This document shows positions 48,013-58,077 of a stretch of 64,000 nt of DNA, piece by piece. The position numbers and the translations under genes were made by a program. The notes under the pieces were generated by a model. The model saw only the letters and a program-made list of their open reading frames with translations, was not told the DNA's origin and searched no databases. Every line of letters begins with the position of its first letter. Position 1 is the stretch's first letter. Source of the DNA: Pseudomonadota bacterium (GTDB taxonomy: Bacteria; Myxococcota_A; UBA9160; PR03). The stretch lies in NCBI GenBank assembly GCA_003576805.1, contig QEVM01000001.1, positions 2,646-66,645 of the forward strand, written 5' to 3'.

Positions 48013-50420
48013 GCCGTTCTCCTTTCGCTGTCCGGGGTCTCGCCCGCGAGCGTGCGCTCGAGCTCGGCGACGCGCAGGCGCGTCGCGAGCGCGACGTCGC
48101 TCGAGAGCGAGAGGCTGTCGATGCCGGCGCGCACCAGCAGCTCGGCGATCGCGGGGTGGTCGCTCGGCGCCTGGCCGCAGATGCCGATCTTGCGCCCGGC
48201 GCGGCGCGCGCCCTCGACCGCCATGCGCAGCGCCTTCACGACGGCGGGGTTCCGCTCGTCGAAGGCGCCGGCGAGGATGCCGGAGTCGCGGTCGACGCCG
48301 AGCACGAGCTGCGTCAGATCGTTCGAGCCGATCGAGAAGCCGTCGAAGTGCGCGGCGAACTCGTCGATCAGGAGCACGTTCGCCGGGATCTCGCACATCA
48401 CGTAGATCTCGAGCCCGTGCTCGCCGCGCACGAGGCCGTGCTTCGCCATCTCGGCCTGCACGCGCACGGCTTCGTCCACGCTGCGGCAGAACGGGATCAT
48501 CACGATCACGTTCGCGAGCCCCATCTCCTCGCGCACCTGCTTGATCGCGCGGCACTCGAGCGCGAAGCCCTCGCGGTAGGCGTCGTGCGCGTAACGCGAA
48601 GCGCCGCGGAACCCGATCATCGGGTTCTCCTCCTCCGGCTCGAAGAAGGCGCCGCCGAGCAGGCCCGCGTACTCGTTGGTCTTGAAGTCGGAGAGGCGCA
48701 CGATCACGGGGCGCGGATGGAAGGCCGCCGCGAGCCGCGCGACGCCCTCCGCCAGCTTCTCGACGAAGAAGGTCGCGCCGTCCGGGTAGCCGCGCGTCTT
48801 CTCGGCGATCGCGCGGCGCGTCGCGTCGTCGGTGCGCTCGGGGTGCACGAGCGCCATCGGGTGGACGCCGATCGCGTTCATGATGATGAACTCCTCGCGC
48901 GCGAGGCCGACGCCGTCCACGGGCAGGAACGAGAGCGCGAACGCCTGCTCGGGATCGCCGACGTTGACCAGGATCTGGGTGCGCGTCGGCGGGATCTCGC
49001 GCGCGTCCACCTCGCTGCGCTCGAAGGCGAGCACGCCGTCGAAGACGCGGCCCGTCTCGCCGTCCGCGCACGACACCGTGACCGGCTCGCCCGGCTGCAG
49101 CACCGCGGTCGCGTTGCCGGCGCCCACCACGCACGGGATGCCGAGCTCGCGGCTCACGATCGCCGCGTGGCAGGTGCGCCCGCCGCGGTCGGTCACGATC
49201 GCCGCGGCGGTGCGCATGATCGGCTCCCAGTCGGGATCGGTCATGCCCGTCACGAGCACCGAGCCCGGCTCGAACGACGTCATCTGCGATGCGTGGTCGA
49301 GCCGTGACACCGGGCCCGCGCCGATCTGGGTGCCGACCGCGCGGCCCGTGACGCGCACCGCGCCCTGCTCCTTCAGCCGCCAGGTGACGAGCTTCGCGAC
49401 GTCGCGGTGCGAGTGCGCGGTCTCGGGGCGCGCCTGCACGATGAAGAGCTTTCCGCTCGGCCCGTCCTTGGCCCACTCGATGTCCATCGGCCGCGGCTCG
49501 CCGGCGCGCTCGCCGTAGTGCTTCTCGATCGCGATCGCCTGGCGCGCCAGCTCGGCGGTCTCCTCGCGCGAGAGCACGAACTGGCGGCGCAGCGCCTCGG
49601 GCACGGTCACGTTGCGCACGCCGCGCGAGCCGCCCTCGTCGTACACCATCGCGACTTCCTTCGAGCCGAGGCGCCGCGCGATCTCGCGGCCGGTCGGCTT
49701 GAAGACGACGTACTCGTCCGGGTTGGTGACGCCCTGCACGATGTTCTCGCCGAGCCCGTAGATCGCGGTGATCAACACCACGCGGTCGAAGCCGCTCTCG
49801 GTGTCGAGCGTGAAGAGCACGCCGGCGCCCGCCTGGTCGGAGCGCACCATCTTCTGGACGCCGATCGAGAGGTACACCTTCTCGTGCTCGAAGCCGCGCT
49901 CGGCGCGGTACGAGATGGCGCGGTCGGTGAAGAGCGACGCGAAGCAGCGCCGGCACGCCTCCACCAGGTTCGCCGCGCCGTGCACGTTGAGATAGGTCTC
50001 CTGCTGGCCGGCGAAGCTCGCGGTCGGCAGGTCCTCGGCCGTCGCGCTCGAGCGCACGGCGACGTCCGTCGCCTCGGAGCCGTACTGGCGCGAGAGCTCC
50101 GCGTAGGCCGCTTCGAGCTCTCGCAGCACGGCGGGCGGGAAAGGCGCCTCGCGCAGCGCGCTGCGGGCGAGCGCGCCGCAGGCGCGCAGCGAGTCGACGT
50201 CGTTCGGGTCGAGCGGCGCGAGCGCGCCGCGCAGCCGCTCGCGCACGCCCGGGCCGTCGAGCAGCGCGCGGTACGCGTCGGCGGTGAGCGCGAAGCCGTC
50301 GGGCACCGAGACGCCGAGCGGCGCGAGCGAGCCGATCATCTCGCCGAACGAGGCGTTCTTGCCGCCGACGAGCGGCAGGTCGTCGAGCGAGAGGGTTCGG
50401 AACGGCCGGACGTACCGCAT
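48009..50420 (-). CDS. ppsA: phosphoenolpyruvate synthase (pyruvate, water dikinase)
   Basis: VGGKNASFGEM ATP-grasp start, phosphohistidine swivel GGRTCHAAIVSRELGIP, PEP-utilising TIM barrel GSNDLTQ. Start at Met41 (50420; 50444 possible). Confidence 0.9.
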   Translation of the reverse strand: MRYVRPFRTLSLDDLPLVGGKNASFGEMIGSLAPLGVSVPDGFALTADAYRALLDGPGVRERLRGALAPLDPNDVDSLRACGALARSALREAPFPPAVLRELEAAYAELSRQYGSEATDVAVRSSATAEDLPTASFAGQQETYLNVHGAANLVEACRRCFASLFTDRAISYRAERGFEHEKVYLSIGVQKMVRSDQAGAGVLFTLDTESGFDRVVLITAIYGLGENIVQGVTNPDEYVVFKPTGREIARRLGSKEVAMVYDEGGSRGVRNVTVPEALRRQFVLSREETAELARQAIAIEKHYGERAGEPRPMDIEWAKDGPSGKLFIVQARPETAHSHRDVAKLVTWRLKEQGAVRVTGRAVGTQIGAGPVSRLDHASQMTSFEPGSVLVTGMTDPDWEPIMRTAAAIVTDRGGRTCHAAIVSRELGIPCVVGAGNATAVLQPGEPVTVSCADGETGRVFDGVLAFERSEVDAREIPPTRTQILVNVGDPEQAFALSFLPVDGVGLAREEFIIMNAIGVHPMALVHPERTDDATRRAIAEKTRGYPDGATFFVEKLAEGVARLAAAFHPRPVIVRLSDFKTNEYAGLLGGAFFEPEEENPMIGFRGASRYAHDAYREGFALECRAIKQVREEMGLANVIVMIPFCRSVDEAVRVQAEMAKHGLVRGEHGLEIYVMCEIPANVLLIDEFAAHFDGFSIGSNDLTQLVLGVDRDSGILAGAFDERNPAVVKALRMAVEGARRAGRKIGICGQAPSDHPAIAELLVRAGIDSLSLSSDVALATRLRVAELERTLAGETPDSERRTA

Positions 50421-50455
50421 GCGACGCGCCTCCACCGCGAACATCGGTGTTGCGG

Positions 50456-50471
50456 TGCAGGGATCGAGCCA
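50456..50471 (-). promoter_or_regulatory. sigma-54 (-24/-12) type promoter candidate for ppsA-usp
   Basis: Minus strand reads TGGCTCG-ATCC-CTGCA, versus consensus TGGCACG-N4-TTGCA with GG/GC spacing correct. It sits 36 nt upstream of ATG 50420, with a GGAGG RBS between. An EBP gene lies just downstream of the operon. Confidence 0.4.
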
Positions 50472-50596
50472 AGCGCGCACGTGCGAAGCGAACGCGCGCG
50501 GCGTCCGCTCGCGGCGCGCGACTGCGGCGATGCGCCACAACTGGGGTCGGGCGCAACAGCGCGCGGTGCTGGCGTATGCTGCGCCGCGGAGGCGCG

Positions 50597-51418
50597 ATGA
50601 CGAGTCCCGATCGACTGCGCGAGGGCTTCGCCGTCGCGATCACGGGCGCGGCGGGCGGCATCGGCTCGGCGCTGGCGCGCGCGTTCGCGCGCCGCGGCGC
50701 GCGCGTCGCGCTGCTCGACCTGCCGGGGCCCGCGCTCGACGCGCTCGCCGCCGAGCTCCGCGCGAGCGGCGCCGACGCGCTCGCGCTTGCGTGCGACGTC
50801 ACCGACGCCGCGCAGACGCGCGCCGCGACGGCCGCCGCCGTCGCGCGCTTCGGCGGGCTCGACGTCGCGATCGCGAACGCCGGCATCACGCACATCGGCC
50901 GCTTCGCGGAGACCGACGCCGCCGTGCTGCGACGCGTGATGGACGTCAACTTCTTCGGCGCGGTGCACCTCGCGCAGGCCGCGGCGGAGCCGCTCGCGGC
51001 GCGGCGCGGCGTCCTCGTCGTGGTGTCGAGCGTGGCGGGCTTCGCGCCGCTCGCGGGGCGCGCCGGCTACGCGGCCAGCAAGCACGCGCTGCACGGGCTC
51101 TTCGCGTCGGTGCGCGTCGAGTGGCGGCGGCGCGGCGTGCAGGTGCTGATCGCGTGCCCGAGCTTCGTCGCGACCGACATCGGCAAGCGCGCGCTCGGGC
51201 CCGACGGCGGCGCGCCGCGCGACGCGCGCACGACGACCGGGAAGCCCGCGTCGCCGGACGCGGTCGCGGAGGCGATCGCGCGCGCGGCGATCGCGCGCCG
51301 CCGCTTCCTCGTGCTCTCGCCGGTCGGCGTCGCGTCCTGGTGGCTCGCGCGCCTGTGGCCCGCGGGCTACGAGCGCATCATGGAGCGACGGCTGCTGCGC
51401 GGCGAAGCCGCGCCGTAG
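50597..51418 (+). CDS. SDR family oxidoreductase
   Basis: AITGAAGGIG, VSSVAG...YAASKHAL. Confidence 0.85.
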   Translation: MTSPDRLREGFAVAITGAAGGIGSALARAFARRGARVALLDLPGPALDALAAELRASGADALALACDVTDAAQTRAATAAAVARFGGLDVAIANAGITHIGRFAETDAAVLRRVMDVNFFGAVHLAQAAAEPLAARRGVLVVVSSVAGFAPLAGRAGYAASKHALHGLFASVRVEWRRRGVQVLIACPSFVATDIGKRALGPDGGAPRDARTTTGKPASPDAVAEAIARAAIARRRFLVLSPVGVASWWLARLWPAGYERIMERRLLRGEAAP

Positions 51419-53024
51419 CCGCGAGCGCGCCGAGCGCGCACGCCGCGGCGAGCGCGCCGCTCGGCTCGGGCGCGGCGCGCGCGAAGCCGCCGCGCCCGGT
51501 GGGCCAGACGACGCGCGCCTGCGACGAGCCGGGGATCTCGTACGCGACGAGCCCCGTGTGCGCGGTGTTCACGATCACCTCGAGGTTCGCGTCGGCGTCG
51601 AGCTGCGCGAGCGTCGGCGCGGCGAGCGCGCCGTCCCAGCTCGCGGTCGAGCGCGGCAGCGCCGTGCGCGCGCGCTCCTGGCCGAGCGCGCCGGCGATCA
51701 CCAGGTCGCCGCTCGCGCCGCTCGCCTTGTCGGTCCACGTCGCGAACAGCACCTCGGCGGCGCCGTCGCCGTCGAGGTCCGCGACGACGGGCTCGGACGC
51801 GAAGCGCTTGCGGTCCGGGTCGGCGTCGTTGCTGACGTCGAACGGCCACGCGCCGTGCTCGGCGCCGTCGAGCCAGAAGGCGTGGACGCGGCCGTCGTAC
51901 GACGCGTACAGGATCTCCTTCGCGCCGTCGCCGTCGAGGTCGGCGAGCACCGGGTTCGCCTCGGCGGACTCGATCTCCTCGTAGTCGAGCGAGAGCGGCG
52001 CGGCGAACGCGTCGGGCGCGGGCGGCGTCGTCCAGTCGTGCGGCCCGGCGCGCCAGCGCGTGCGGTCGGCGGCGAACACCATCGGCACCTGGAAGAGCTG
52101 CGGGTAGCCGTCCGCGCGGCAGTCGTAGAAGCCGCCGACGATCACGATCTCGTTCGCACCGTCGCCGTCGAGGTCGCCGATCGCGGGCGCCGCGTCGGCG
52201 AAGTTCGGGCGCGGCTCGAGCGGCGGCCCGGCGGCGCAGTTGGCCCAGCCGCGCAGGTCCACGGCCGGGTCCCAGTGCACGCCGACCTGCGCCCAGGTCT
52301 TGCCCGCTCCGTAGATCGCGCTCGCGGCGAGCGGCGCGCCGTCGTCGCCGAACGCGGCGAGGTAGTGCACGTCGCTCGACGCCGCGATCTCGAGCTCGCC
52401 GTCGCCGTCGAGGTCGCCCGCCGCGAGGTTCTGGTTGTACGCGCCCGCGGCCCAGCCGGCGTCGCCGGAGGCGAGGCGCGGCCAGCCGGCGCGCACCGCG
52501 CCCGAGCCGTCCAACACGGTCCACGTGGGCCGCGCGCCCGAGCTGCTGCCGGACGTCGCAGCCGTCAGCAGCTCGTGCGCGCCGTCGCCGTCGAGGTCCG
52601 CGACCGCGAGCGTGCGCATCTCGCCCGTCGCGAACGGGCTCACCGGCCAGCCGGGCCGCAGCGCCCCCGACGCGTCGAGCACGGAGAGCGCGTCGTACTG
52701 CACGACCGCGATCTCGCGCGCGCCGTCGCCGTCGACGTCCGCGACTGCGACGGCGGGCCAGATGCGGCCGGCCGATCCCGCCGGCGGATACGTCCACGCC
52801 AGCGCGCCGGTGTCGCCGCGCACCGCGAGCAAGCGCGCGCCGCCGCCGAGCACGAGCGGCGCGCCGTCCGTCTCGACGAGCGCGGGCGACGCGTACCACG
52901 CGCGGTCGCAGTACGAGCTCGCGCAGCGCTGCCACTCCAGCACGGGCGCGGCGATCTCGGCGCGCGCGGAGGGCGCGGCGCACGAAACGAAGAGCGCGAT
53001 CCCGGCTGCGGCGAAGCTGCGCAT
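51378..53024 (-). CDS. FG-GAP/VCBS repeat protein with PEP-CTERM sorting signal
   Basis: Signal peptide, six D[LV]DGDGxxE[IL] loops spaced about 60-80 aa apart, C-terminal PEPSGALAAACALGALAATARLRR (PEP + TM + Arg cluster). Start at Met38 (53024) or Met31. Confidence 0.8.
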   Translation of the reverse strand: MRSFAAAGIALFVSCAAPSARAEIAAPVLEWQRCASSYCDRAWYASPALVETDGAPLVLGGGARLLAVRGDTGALAWTYPPAGSAGRIWPAVAVADVDGDGAREIAVVQYDALSVLDASGALRPGWPVSPFATGEMRTLAVADLDGDGAHELLTAATSGSSSGARPTWTVLDGSGAVRAGWPRLASGDAGWAAGAYNQNLAAGDLDGDGELEIAASSDVHYLAAFGDDGAPLAASAIYGAGKTWAQVGVHWDPAVDLRGWANCAAGPPLEPRPNFADAAPAIGDLDGDGANEIVIVGGFYDCRADGYPQLFQVPMVFAADRTRWRAGPHDWTTPPAPDAFAAPLSLDYEEIESAEANPVLADLDGDGAKEILYASYDGRVHAFWLDGAEHGAWPFDVSNDADPDRKRFASEPVVADLDGDGAAEVLFATWTDKASGASGDLVIAGALGQERARTALPRSTASWDGALAAPTLAQLDADANLEVIVNTAHTGLVAYEIPGSSQARVVWPTGRGGFARAAPEPSGALAAACALGALAATARLRRAAAVAP

Positions 53025-53135
53025 GCTGCGGTCCTCGGCACGCATCGGCCGCCGCGCCGTTCGGCATGACGGAACGCAGCGCGCGCGCAGCGGCGCGCCT
53101 TGTGGCGCGGCCCGGATCGCGGGTATGTTCCGCAT

Positions 53136-53963
53136 ATGAGCTCAGCGTTCCAGGATACGGAACAACCTGCAGAGGCGGCGCCGCTCGACGCCACCTCGAG
53201 CGTCGAGAAGGCGCTCGACGTGCTGTTCCACGTCGCGGGCGCGGGCAGCGCCGGCGTGTCCGAGATCGCGCGCGCGCTCGCGCTGCCGAAGTCGACGGCG
53301 CACCGGTTGCTGGCGGCGCTCGGCCGGCGCGGCCTCGTCGAGCGCGACGCCGCCGGCCGCTACAAGCCGGGACTGCGCATTCTCTCGCTCGGGCTCGGCG
53401 TGCTCGAGCGCGAGCCGGTCGTCGCGGCGGCCCGCCCCGTGCTCGAGGCGGAGGCCGAGGCGATCGGCGAGACGCTCTTCGTCACCGCGGCGCGCGCGGG
53501 CCGCATCGTGGTGCTCGACAAGGTCGAGGGCACCGGTTTTCTGCGCGCGGCGCCGCGCGTCGGCTCCACCGTGCCGGTGCACGCGACCGCCGTCGGCAAG
53601 CTGCAGCTCGCGTTCGCGCCGGAGGATGTCGCGTTGCCGGACGGCGCGTGGCCGCGCTTCACGCCGCGCACGCCGACGTCGCGCCGCGCGCTCGAGCGCG
53701 AGGTGGCGCGCGCGCGCCGCCGCGGCTGGGCGGAGAACCGCGAGGAGTGGATGCCGGGACTGGTCGTGGTGGCGGCGCCGGTCGTCGCGGCGGGGCGCAT
53801 GCAGGCGACGCTCGCGCTCGCGGCGCTGTCGGTGCGGCTGCCCGCGGCCAAGACGGAGCGCGTCGCCAAGCGGCTGGTCGCCGCCGCCGCGCGCATCGGC
53901 GCGCGGCTCGAAGGGACCGCAGGGCGCGAAGCGCCGGGCCCTCTGGTCGGGAGGACGGGATGA
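53136..53963 (+). CDS. IclR family transcriptional regulator
   Basis: SVEKALDVLFHVAGAGSAGVSEIARALALPKSTAHRLLAAL HTH plus IclR effector domain. Confidence 0.85.
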   Translation: MSSAFQDTEQPAEAAPLDATSSVEKALDVLFHVAGAGSAGVSEIARALALPKSTAHRLLAALGRRGLVERDAAGRYKPGLRILSLGLGVLEREPVVAAARPVLEAEAEAIGETLFVTAARAGRIVVLDKVEGTGFLRAAPRVGSTVPVHATAVGKLQLAFAPEDVALPDGAWPRFTPRTPTSRRALEREVARARRRGWAENREEWMPGLVVVAAPVVAAGRMQATLALAALSVRLPAAKTERVAKRLVAAAARIGARLEGTAGREAPGPLVGRTG

Positions 53964-54826
53964 AGGTGTGGATCGACGGAGCCATCGTGGACGCGGCGGA
54001 CGCGCGCATCCCGGTGCTGGATCACGGCCTGCTCTACGGCGACGGCGTCTTCGAGGGCATCCGCGCCTACGGCCGCGCGGTGTTCCGGCTCGACGACCAC
54101 CTGACCCGCCTCGCCACCTCCGCGCGCGCGATCGGGCTCGTGCTGCCGAAGCCGCTCGCGGAGATCCGCGAGATCGTGCTGGGCACGCTGCGCGCGCTCG
54201 GCCGCGACGACGCGTACGTGCGGCTCGTCGCGACGCGCGGCGTCGGCGCACTCGGCGTCGATCCGACGACGTGCCCGCAGGCGGGCCTCTTCTGTCTCGC
54301 GGCCGAGGCGGTGATCTATCCGCCCGAAAAGCTCGCGGACGGGCTCGACCTGGTGACGGTGAGCGTGCGGCGCCCGGCGCTCGACGCCGTCGACCCGCAG
54401 GTGAAGAGCCTCAACTATTTGAACAACGCGCTCGCCAAGCAGGAGGCGAAGGCGCGCGGCGCCGACGAGGCGCTGCTCCTGAACGCGGCGGGCACGGTCG
54501 CGGAGGCGAGCGTCGCCAACGTCTTCGCGGTGTCGGGCCGCGCGCTCGCGACGCCGCCGCCGACCGACGGCGCGCTCGCCGGCATCACGCGGCGCAGCGT
54601 GCTCGAGGTCGCGCGGCAGCAGGGCTTCGCGCCGCTCGAGCGCTCGCTCTCGCGCGTCGACCTGCTCGGCGCCGACGAGGTGTTCCTCACCGGCACCGGC
54701 GCGGGCGTCGTGCCGGTGCGCTCGCTCGACGGCCAGCCGATCGGCGCGGGCGAGCCGGGTCCCGCGTTCGCGCGCCTGCGGGCCGCCTTCCTCGCGCTCA
54801 CCAAGACGCTCGGCGTTCCGTTCTAG
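53960..54826 (+). CDS. ilvE: class IV aminotransferase (branched-chain amino acid aminotransferase-like)
   Basis: LDHGLLYGDGVFEGIRAY...VKSLNYLNNALAKQEA...EASVANVF...GITR. ATGA overlap with the iclR stop. Confidence 0.8.
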   Translation: MKVWIDGAIVDAADARIPVLDHGLLYGDGVFEGIRAYGRAVFRLDDHLTRLATSARAIGLVLPKPLAEIREIVLGTLRALGRDDAYVRLVATRGVGALGVDPTTCPQAGLFCLAAEAVIYPPEKLADGLDLVTVSVRRPALDAVDPQVKSLNYLNNALAKQEAKARGADEALLLNAAGTVAEASVANVFAVSGRALATPPPTDGALAGITRRSVLEVARQQGFAPLERSLSRVDLLGADEVFLTGTGAGVVPVRSLDGQPIGAGEPGPAFARLRAAFLALTKTLGVPF

Positions 54827-54842
54827 CGCGGCGCCGCGGCGC

Positions 54843-55361
54843 ATGGCGATCGCGATCCGGCCCGAGCGCGCGAGCGATCGCGACGCGATCTTCGCGCTCC
54901 ACGCGCGCGCCTTCCCGAGCGACGCCGAGGCGCGCCTCGTGGACGCGCTGCGCGACGCCGGCGCCGCGCGCGTGTCGCTGGTCGCGGAGGAGGAGGCGCG
55001 CGTCGTGGGCCACGTGCTCTTCAGTCCGGTGCGCGTGGCGGCGCCGAACGGCGCGGAGTTCGCCGCGCTCGGGCTCGCGCCGATGGCGGTCGATCCCGCG
55101 CGCCAGCGCGCGGGCGTGGGCGGCGCGCTGGTGCGCGCCGGGCTCGCGGCGTGCCGCGCGGATCGACACGTGCTGGTGTTCGTGCTCGGGCACCCCGCGT
55201 ACTACCCGCGCTTCGGCTTCGAGCCGGCGGCGGCGCACGGCTTCTCCTACGCGGGCGGCCGCGCGTACGACGCCGCGTTCTTCGTCGCCGCGCTCGCGCC
55301 GGGCGCGCTCGCCGGCCGCGCCGGCGTCGTCCACTTCCACGCGGCGTTCGCGGCGCTGTAG
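54843..55361 (+). CDS. GNAT family N-acetyltransferase
   Basis: VGHVLFSPV...LAPMAVDPARQRAGVGGALVRAGL...GHPAYYPRFGF. Confidence 0.8.
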   Translation: MAIAIRPERASDRDAIFALHARAFPSDAEARLVDALRDAGAARVSLVAEEEARVVGHVLFSPVRVAAPNGAEFAALGLAPMAVDPARQRAGVGGALVRAGLAACRADRHVLVFVLGHPAYYPRFGFEPAAAHGFSYAGGRAYDAAFFVAALAPGALAGRAGVVHFHAAFAAL

Positions 55362-56015
55362 CTAGGGCTGCAATCGCTCCGCGCGCCAGGCGCCGCCGCG
55401 AAAGCCGTCTCCGTCCGGTGTCAGCGCGCGCGACGAGGCGAGCCGGTCGTGCAGGCGTCCCGGCCGCGACGCCCACAGCTCGAGGCGCTCGATCCAGACG
55501 CGGTAGCCGCCCCAGTGCGGCGGCCGCGCGATCGCGCCGCCGGGCGCGCCGGCCGCGACGCGCTCGTAGCGCGCGACCAGCTCGGCGCGCGACGCGATCG
55601 GGCGGCTCTGCTCGCTGCTGGCGGCGGCGATCCGGCTCTCGGGATGGCGCGCCGCGAAGTAGGCGTCGGAGTCGGCCTCGGACGCGCGCGTGACCGGTCC
55701 TTCGAGGCGCGCCTGGCGCCCGAAGCGGTCCCAGTGGAAGACGAGCGCGGCGTGCGGGTGCGCGGCGAGCGCGCGGCCCTTGCGGCTGGTGCGGTCGGTG
55801 TAGAAGGTCGCGACGCCGGCGGCGGCGTCGAGCGCGCGCACCGCGACGATGCGCGCCGACGGCCGCCCGTCGGGATCGACGGTCGCGAGCGCCGCCGCCT
55901 CGGGCTCGTCGATCGCGCCGCAGGCGCGCGCTTCGTCGAGCCACGCGCGCAAGAAGGGCAGGGGATCGGCGGGCGGATCGCCGGCCAGCCACGCATCGCG
56001 CAGCGCGGGCTGCAT
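55362..56015 (-). CDS. pdxH: pyridoxamine 5'-phosphate oxidase
   Basis: LATVDPDGRPSARIV...RKGRALAAHPHAALVFHW...RQARLEG...WGGYRV...ELW...RLHDR...RLQP. Confidence 0.85.
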   Translation of the reverse strand: MQPALRDAWLAGDPPADPLPFLRAWLDEARACGAIDEPEAAALATVDPDGRPSARIVAVRALDAAAGVATFYTDRTSRKGRALAAHPHAALVFHWDRFGRQARLEGPVTRASEADSDAYFAARHPESRIAAASSEQSRPIASRAELVARYERVAAGAPGGAIARPPHWGGYRVWIERLELWASRPGRLHDRLASSRALTPDGDGFRGGAWRAERLQP

Positions 56016-57196
56016 CAGCCGCCCGAGGTCTCGTCCTCGGCCTCGCAGCCGGGCGGCGTGGGATCGTCGCGGTCGGCGAGCCAGCCCTCGGGCAGCACCA
56101 CGCGCTGGCGCCCGCCGCTCTTACCGCGCGGCACGCGCATCGCGGCGGGCGGGAACGGCTCGTCGTGCGTCACCTCGGCGAGCACGGCGCGCAGCGCGCC
56201 CAGCGTCTCGACGGCCATGATGCGCGGCCGCAGCTTCGATCCGCCGCGAAACCCCTTGGTGTACCAGCCGCCGTGCTGGCGGAACATGCGCACGCCGCGC
56301 CGCTCGCCGAACCAGCCGCACAGCAGCTCGGCGTGCTCGAGCATCAGCGCGATCACCGCCTGGAGCGACGGCGGGTCGGCGGGCTCGCGGCCCTCGAAGA
56401 CGTCGGCGAGGTCGCGGAACAGCCAGGGACGGCCGAGGCAGCCGCGGCCGACCACGACGCCGTCGCAGCCGGTCGCGCGCAGCATGCGCAGCGCGTCGTG
56501 CGCCTCCCAGACGTCGCCGTTGCCGAGCACCGGGATCGTGCGCACGGCGTCCTTGAGGCGCGCGATCGCGTCCCAGTCCGCGCTGCCGTCGTAGAGCTGC
56601 GCGGCGGTGCGCGCGTGCAGCGCGACGGCGGCGCAGCCCTCGTCCTCGGCGATGCGGCCGGCGTCGAGGAAGGTCTCGTGCGCGGCGTCGATGCCGATGC
56701 GGAACTTGATCGTGACCGGCACCGCGCCCGCGTTGCGCACCGCGGCCGCGACGATGCGCCGCAGCAGCGCGCGCTTCCACGGCAGCGCCGAGCCGCCGCC
56801 CCGGCGCGTCACCTTGCGCACCGGGCAGCCGAAGTTCATGTCGATGTGGTCGACGTGCCCTTCGCCGACCAGCCACGCGACCGCCTCGCCGAGCGAGACG
56901 GGATCGACGCCGTAGAGCTGCAGGCTGCGCGGCTTCTCGTCGGGCGCGAACGCCGCGAGGTGCAGCGTCTTCGCGTTGCCCTCGACGAGCCCGCGCGCCG
57001 TGATCATCTCCGAGACGTAGAGGCCCGCGCCGAAGCGCCGGCACAGCGTGCGGAACGGCACGTTGGTGACGCCCGCCATCGGCGCCAGCACGACCGGCGG
57101 CCACACCGCGAGCGGGCCGATCGCGATCGGGCGGAACTCGCCCGGCTGCGCGACCGGGACGTCGCGGTTCTGCTCGCTGCGGTAGACCGGGTTCAC
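56015..57196 (-). CDS. dus: tRNA-dihydrouridine synthase
   Basis: LAPMAGVTN.PFR, IDMNFGCPVRKV, LHARTAAQLYDGSADW, GNGDV. Confidence 0.85.
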   Translation of the reverse strand: MNPVYRSEQNRDVPVAQPGEFRPIAIGPLAVWPPVVLAPMAGVTNVPFRTLCRRFGAGLYVSEMITARGLVEGNAKTLHLAAFAPDEKPRSLQLYGVDPVSLGEAVAWLVGEGHVDHIDMNFGCPVRKVTRRGGGSALPWKRALLRRIVAAAVRNAGAVPVTIKFRIGIDAAHETFLDAGRIAEDEGCAAVALHARTAAQLYDGSADWDAIARLKDAVRTIPVLGNGDVWEAHDALRMLRATGCDGVVVGRGCLGRPWLFRDLADVFEGREPADPPSLQAVIALMLEHAELLCGWFGERRGVRMFRQHGGWYTKGFRGGSKLRPRIMAVETLGALRAVLAEVTHDEPFPPAAMRVPRGKSGGRQRVVLPEGWLADRDDPTPPGCEAEDETSGG

Positions 57197-58077
57197 GACG
57201 TCGAGCTGCGCGCCGGCTCCACGATGCTCTTCGCGAGATCGTCGAGCCGCGCGACGAGGCCGTCGCGGTCGCCCGCCACCACGAGCAGGATCACCTGATC
57301 GACGCCGGCGTCGCGGTAGCGGCGCACGGCGTCGAAGTCGACCGGCTGCATGTAGGGCGAGATGCTGACCTGGATCTCGGAGCGCGTGCGGCCCGCCTTC
57401 GCGAGGAAGCGGTCGAGGCGCGCGAGGTGCGACGGCACCGCGTCGGGGAGCAGGTTGAAGCCGTACCAGCCCTGGCCGAGGTCCGCGACGCGGCGCAGCG
57501 CGGCGTCACTCTCGCCGCCGAAGTGGATCGGCGGGTGCGGCTTCTGCACCGGCTTCGGGTTCTGGCGCAGCGGCTCGAACGAGTAGAACGTGCCCTGATG
57601 GGACGACACGGGCTGCGTCCAGAGCGCCTGCATCGCGGCGAGGTAGTCGCGCGTGCGCGCCGCGCGCTGCTCGAAGGGAACGTCGCAGGCGCGGAACTCC
57701 TCGGCGAGCCAGCCGACGCCGACGCCGAAGTCGAAGCGCCCTTTCGAGAGCCAGTCGACGGCCGCCACCTCTTTGGCGGTGTAGACGGGGTTGCGCTGCG
57801 GCACGAGACAGATGCCGGTGCCGAGCCGAATGCGCGACGTGCGCGCCGCGAGGAAGGCGAGCGCGGTGAACGGCTCCAGCATCCCGCTCTCGCCGCCCGC
57901 CGGGATCTTGCCGTCGGCCGCGTACGGATACTGCGAGGCGTACTCGTCGAAGAGCACGACGTGCTCCGCGACCCAGAGCGAGTGGAAGCCGCGCTCCTCG
58001 GCGGCGGTGCCGAGCGCGTTCAGGTAATCGGGCGTCGAGAACGGGTTGGCGAGCGCCGCGAAGATGCCGATCTGCAT
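57193..58077 (-). CDS. LLM-class (luciferase-like) F420-dependent oxidoreductase
   Basis: FHSLWVAEHV, RIRLGTGICLVPQRNP, GRFDFGVGVGW, PPIHFGG. 4-nt overlap with dus. Confidence 0.85.
   Translation of the reverse strand: MQIGIFAALANPFSTPDYLNALGTAAEERGFHSLWVAEHVVLFDEYASQYPYAADGKIPAGGESGMLEPFTALAFLAARTSRIRLGTGICLVPQRNPVYTAKEVAAVDWLSKGRFDFGVGVGWLAEEFRACDVPFEQRAARTRDYLAAMQALWTQPVSSHQGTFYSFEPLRQNPKPVQKPHPPIHFGGESDAALRRVADLGQGWYGFNLLPDAVPSHLARLDRFLAKAGRTRSEIQVSISPYMQPVDFDAVRRYRDAGVDQVILLVVAGDRDGLVARLDDLAKSIVEPARSSTS

Noticed and set aside
47389-50949. 1186-aa ORF spanning usp and running out of frame through ppsA
   Set aside because: Only its last 207 aa (zinc-ribbon USP) are protein-like. ppsA is read in the 48009..50540 frame with unmistakable motifs.
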